A DNA stretch of 64,000 bases from assembly GCA_965263355.1 (NCBI GenBank), contig CBDHHL010000056.1, positions 256,001-320,000 on the forward strand, given 5' to 3'. The translations under genes were made by a program, and so were the position numbers. The notes below the pieces were generated by a model. That model worked only from the letters and a program-made list of their open reading frames with translations, was not told the DNA's origin and did not search any database. This document shows positions 62,663 through 64,000 of this stretch, one piece after another; within the stretch, counting starts at the first letter, position 1, and each line of letters opens with the position of its first letter. Origin of the DNA: Leptolyngbyaceae cyanobacterium (lineage in GTDB: Bacteria > Cyanobacteriota > Cyanobacteriia > Phormidesmidales > Phormidesmidaceae).

Positions 62663-63085
62663 CTACTCATCAGATGGGGTGAGATAAAATGGATAGACCA
62701 AACTCCGACGATGGTGACTTTCCCGGATGCGGTAGTTAACCGTGATGTTAAGACTGGCAGGATCAGGCAAGGGGGTAGCAGTCACTGATTCAACATCAAC
62801 CCGAGGCTCCCACTTATGGATGGCTTCACGGGCATAGATCTGGGCTAACAGTAGCGTGTCATCATTAAGGGGGGCAAATACCAGCTCATGCAGGCGAGAA
62901 CCAAAGTCTGGTCGATAAACTCTCTCTCCAAGTCGAGTGCTCAGAATGAGCACAATCGATTCCTCAAGATTGCGATAATCGTTGCTAAACTGCAGACCTC
63001 CCTGCAGGGTTAACCGCATCGGGAACCCCCAACCTTGTCCTAAAGTCTCTTTAGTAGTTACCAATATGCTTGCTTTTGTTGTCAA
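62663..63085 (-). CDS. GPW/gp25-family baseplate wedge protein (Afp9-like)
   Basis: LGQGWGFP, ESIVLILSTRLGERVYRPDFGSRL, WEPRV, LVYPFY. Confidence 0.93.
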   Translation of the reverse strand: MTTKASILVTTKETLGQGWGFPMRLTLQGGLQFSNDYRNLEESIVLILSTRLGERVYRPDFGSRLHELVFAPLNDDTLLLAQIYAREAIHKWEPRVDVESVTATPLPDPASLNITVNYRIRESHHRRSLVYPFYLTPSDE

Positions 63086-63224
63086 CTTTTTTTGTTATGT
63101 TAGCGAGTCCAGGTTGAGAAAACTTCCGTAATTCTGACGATTTGCATAAGCTGGGTGTTTGGAGTAAAACGGTAAGCACAGATGAAGTTCATTTGATGCA
63201 ATTTACTTGAGAGATTATTTAATT

Positions 63225-63434
63225 ATGGCTAGAGAACAAGTCGCTAAGCTTTTTCGTGAGGCTCAAGCAAATCCAGCCCTACGTGACTCTCTGAGTGCAG
63301 CTCCCAGTCCAGAGTTGTTTGTAGCAATGGCCAATCAAAAAGGATTCTCATTTACCATTAAAGAATGGCAAGAAATGACAAATTTCTCTGTGGAAGAACT
63401 CGAATGTGAACTCTCTGAAATTCCTGGAATTTAA
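63225..63434 (+). CDS. Nif11-like leader-domain small protein (69 aa)
   Basis: MAREQVAKLFREAQANPALRDSL.....PELFVAMANQKGFSFTIKEW...ELSEIPGI*. Confidence 0.8.
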   Translation: MAREQVAKLFREAQANPALRDSLSAAPSPELFVAMANQKGFSFTIKEWQEMTNFSVEELECELSEIPGI

Positions 63435-63636
63435 GAGTTTGAGCTACATTGACCCAGCTGTGTCCCTTGATTTTTTGACTTTTCGCTCTATCGCATCTTA
63501 GAAGGCAGTTTGGATGTCCTGCCTTCTAAGGTATTTTTATTTAAGAGGTGTTTTGACGTCTTATCCAAAATCCTGGTTATCTGCATCCGATATCGCAAGG
63601 CACCCACAAGGGACTGCCCCTACAAAATTGTTCACT

Positions 63637-64000
63637 TTAAACCCAGCCCTTGACCTCTGCATCGGTCAAGGGCCGTTCTAGTTTAAGGTATTCTCGTTTA
63701 GCTGCCTGTAGTAGATGGTTCATCCTTACCGGTTGATTCGCATCAGCGGCTATAAAAGCAGCATTGAGTGCAATGTTACGAATGTTGCCACCGGTAATGC
63801 TGAGCTTTGCCAAACGCTCATAGACTAAGTCTTCCGTAGGGGTATTGGCAGGAAATACCCGTCGCCAAATTTCGGCTCGCTGCTTAGCGTCAGGAAAGGG
63901 AAATTGGACAACAAATCGTAACCGCCGGAGAAAGGCTTGGTCGATAGAGTTTTTGAGATTTGTGGTTAAAATAGCCAGTCCTCGATAAGATTCCATTCGC
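63637..64000 (-). CDS. AAA+ ATPase C-terminus (eCIS Afp15-like); 5' part lies outside the window
   Basis: RMESYRGLAILTTNL...IDQAFLRRLRF.V.FP.PD...R.EIW, GGNIRNIALNAAF.AA, AAKREYLKL. Confidence 0.9.
   Translation of the reverse strand, partial: RMESYRGLAILTTNLKNSIDQAFLRRLRFVVQFPFPDAKQRAEIWRRVFPANTPTEDLVYERLAKLSITGGNIRNIALNAAFIAADANQPVRMNHLLQAAKREYLKLERPLTDAEVKGWV

Noticed and set aside
63100..63140. Possible sixth MITE copy (GTCCAGGTTGAGAA...)
   Set aside because: Only about 12 bp are similar and there is no matching opposite terminus.
59452..64000. Prophage tail operon
   Set aside because: The Afp15-like ATPase and eCIS-type baseplate motifs, with no head or packaging genes visible, fit a CIS better.

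Overview
This is a chromosomal window from a cyanobacterium. The octamer HIP1 (GCGATCGC) occurs more than 20 times, and vipp1, cofH, Uma2, CHAT and Nif11 families are present. The gene content is most compatible with a filamentous Leptolyngbya-like strain (inference). Housekeeping genes include rpmF, SUI1, gnd, glk, yebC, pdxJ and msrA. Other conserved loci are a chromosomal ParM/ParR-like pair, a pseudo-orthocaspase and a MoxR/DUF58/SpoIIM/RDD cluster. There are two patchworks of gene relics (about 7.2-9.6 kb and 48.2-51.4 kb), two IS relics, and a tRNA-Gly(CCC) flanked by two different tyrosine integrases. The right end (53.2-64 kb) is the baseplate and membrane-anchor half of a contractile injection system (eCIS/tCIS-like). 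Elements absent from the ORF track are: (i) a 58-aa double-glycine-leader peptide with a duplicated helical core, divergent from a minimal NHLP-type membrane-fusion gene; (ii) a triple array of ~132-bp non-coding units; (iii) five copies of a 73-bp TA-flanked MITE; and (iv) a large ExeM/NucH nuclease gene that runs off the left edge. All family calls come from motif recognition by eye; no database searches were run.
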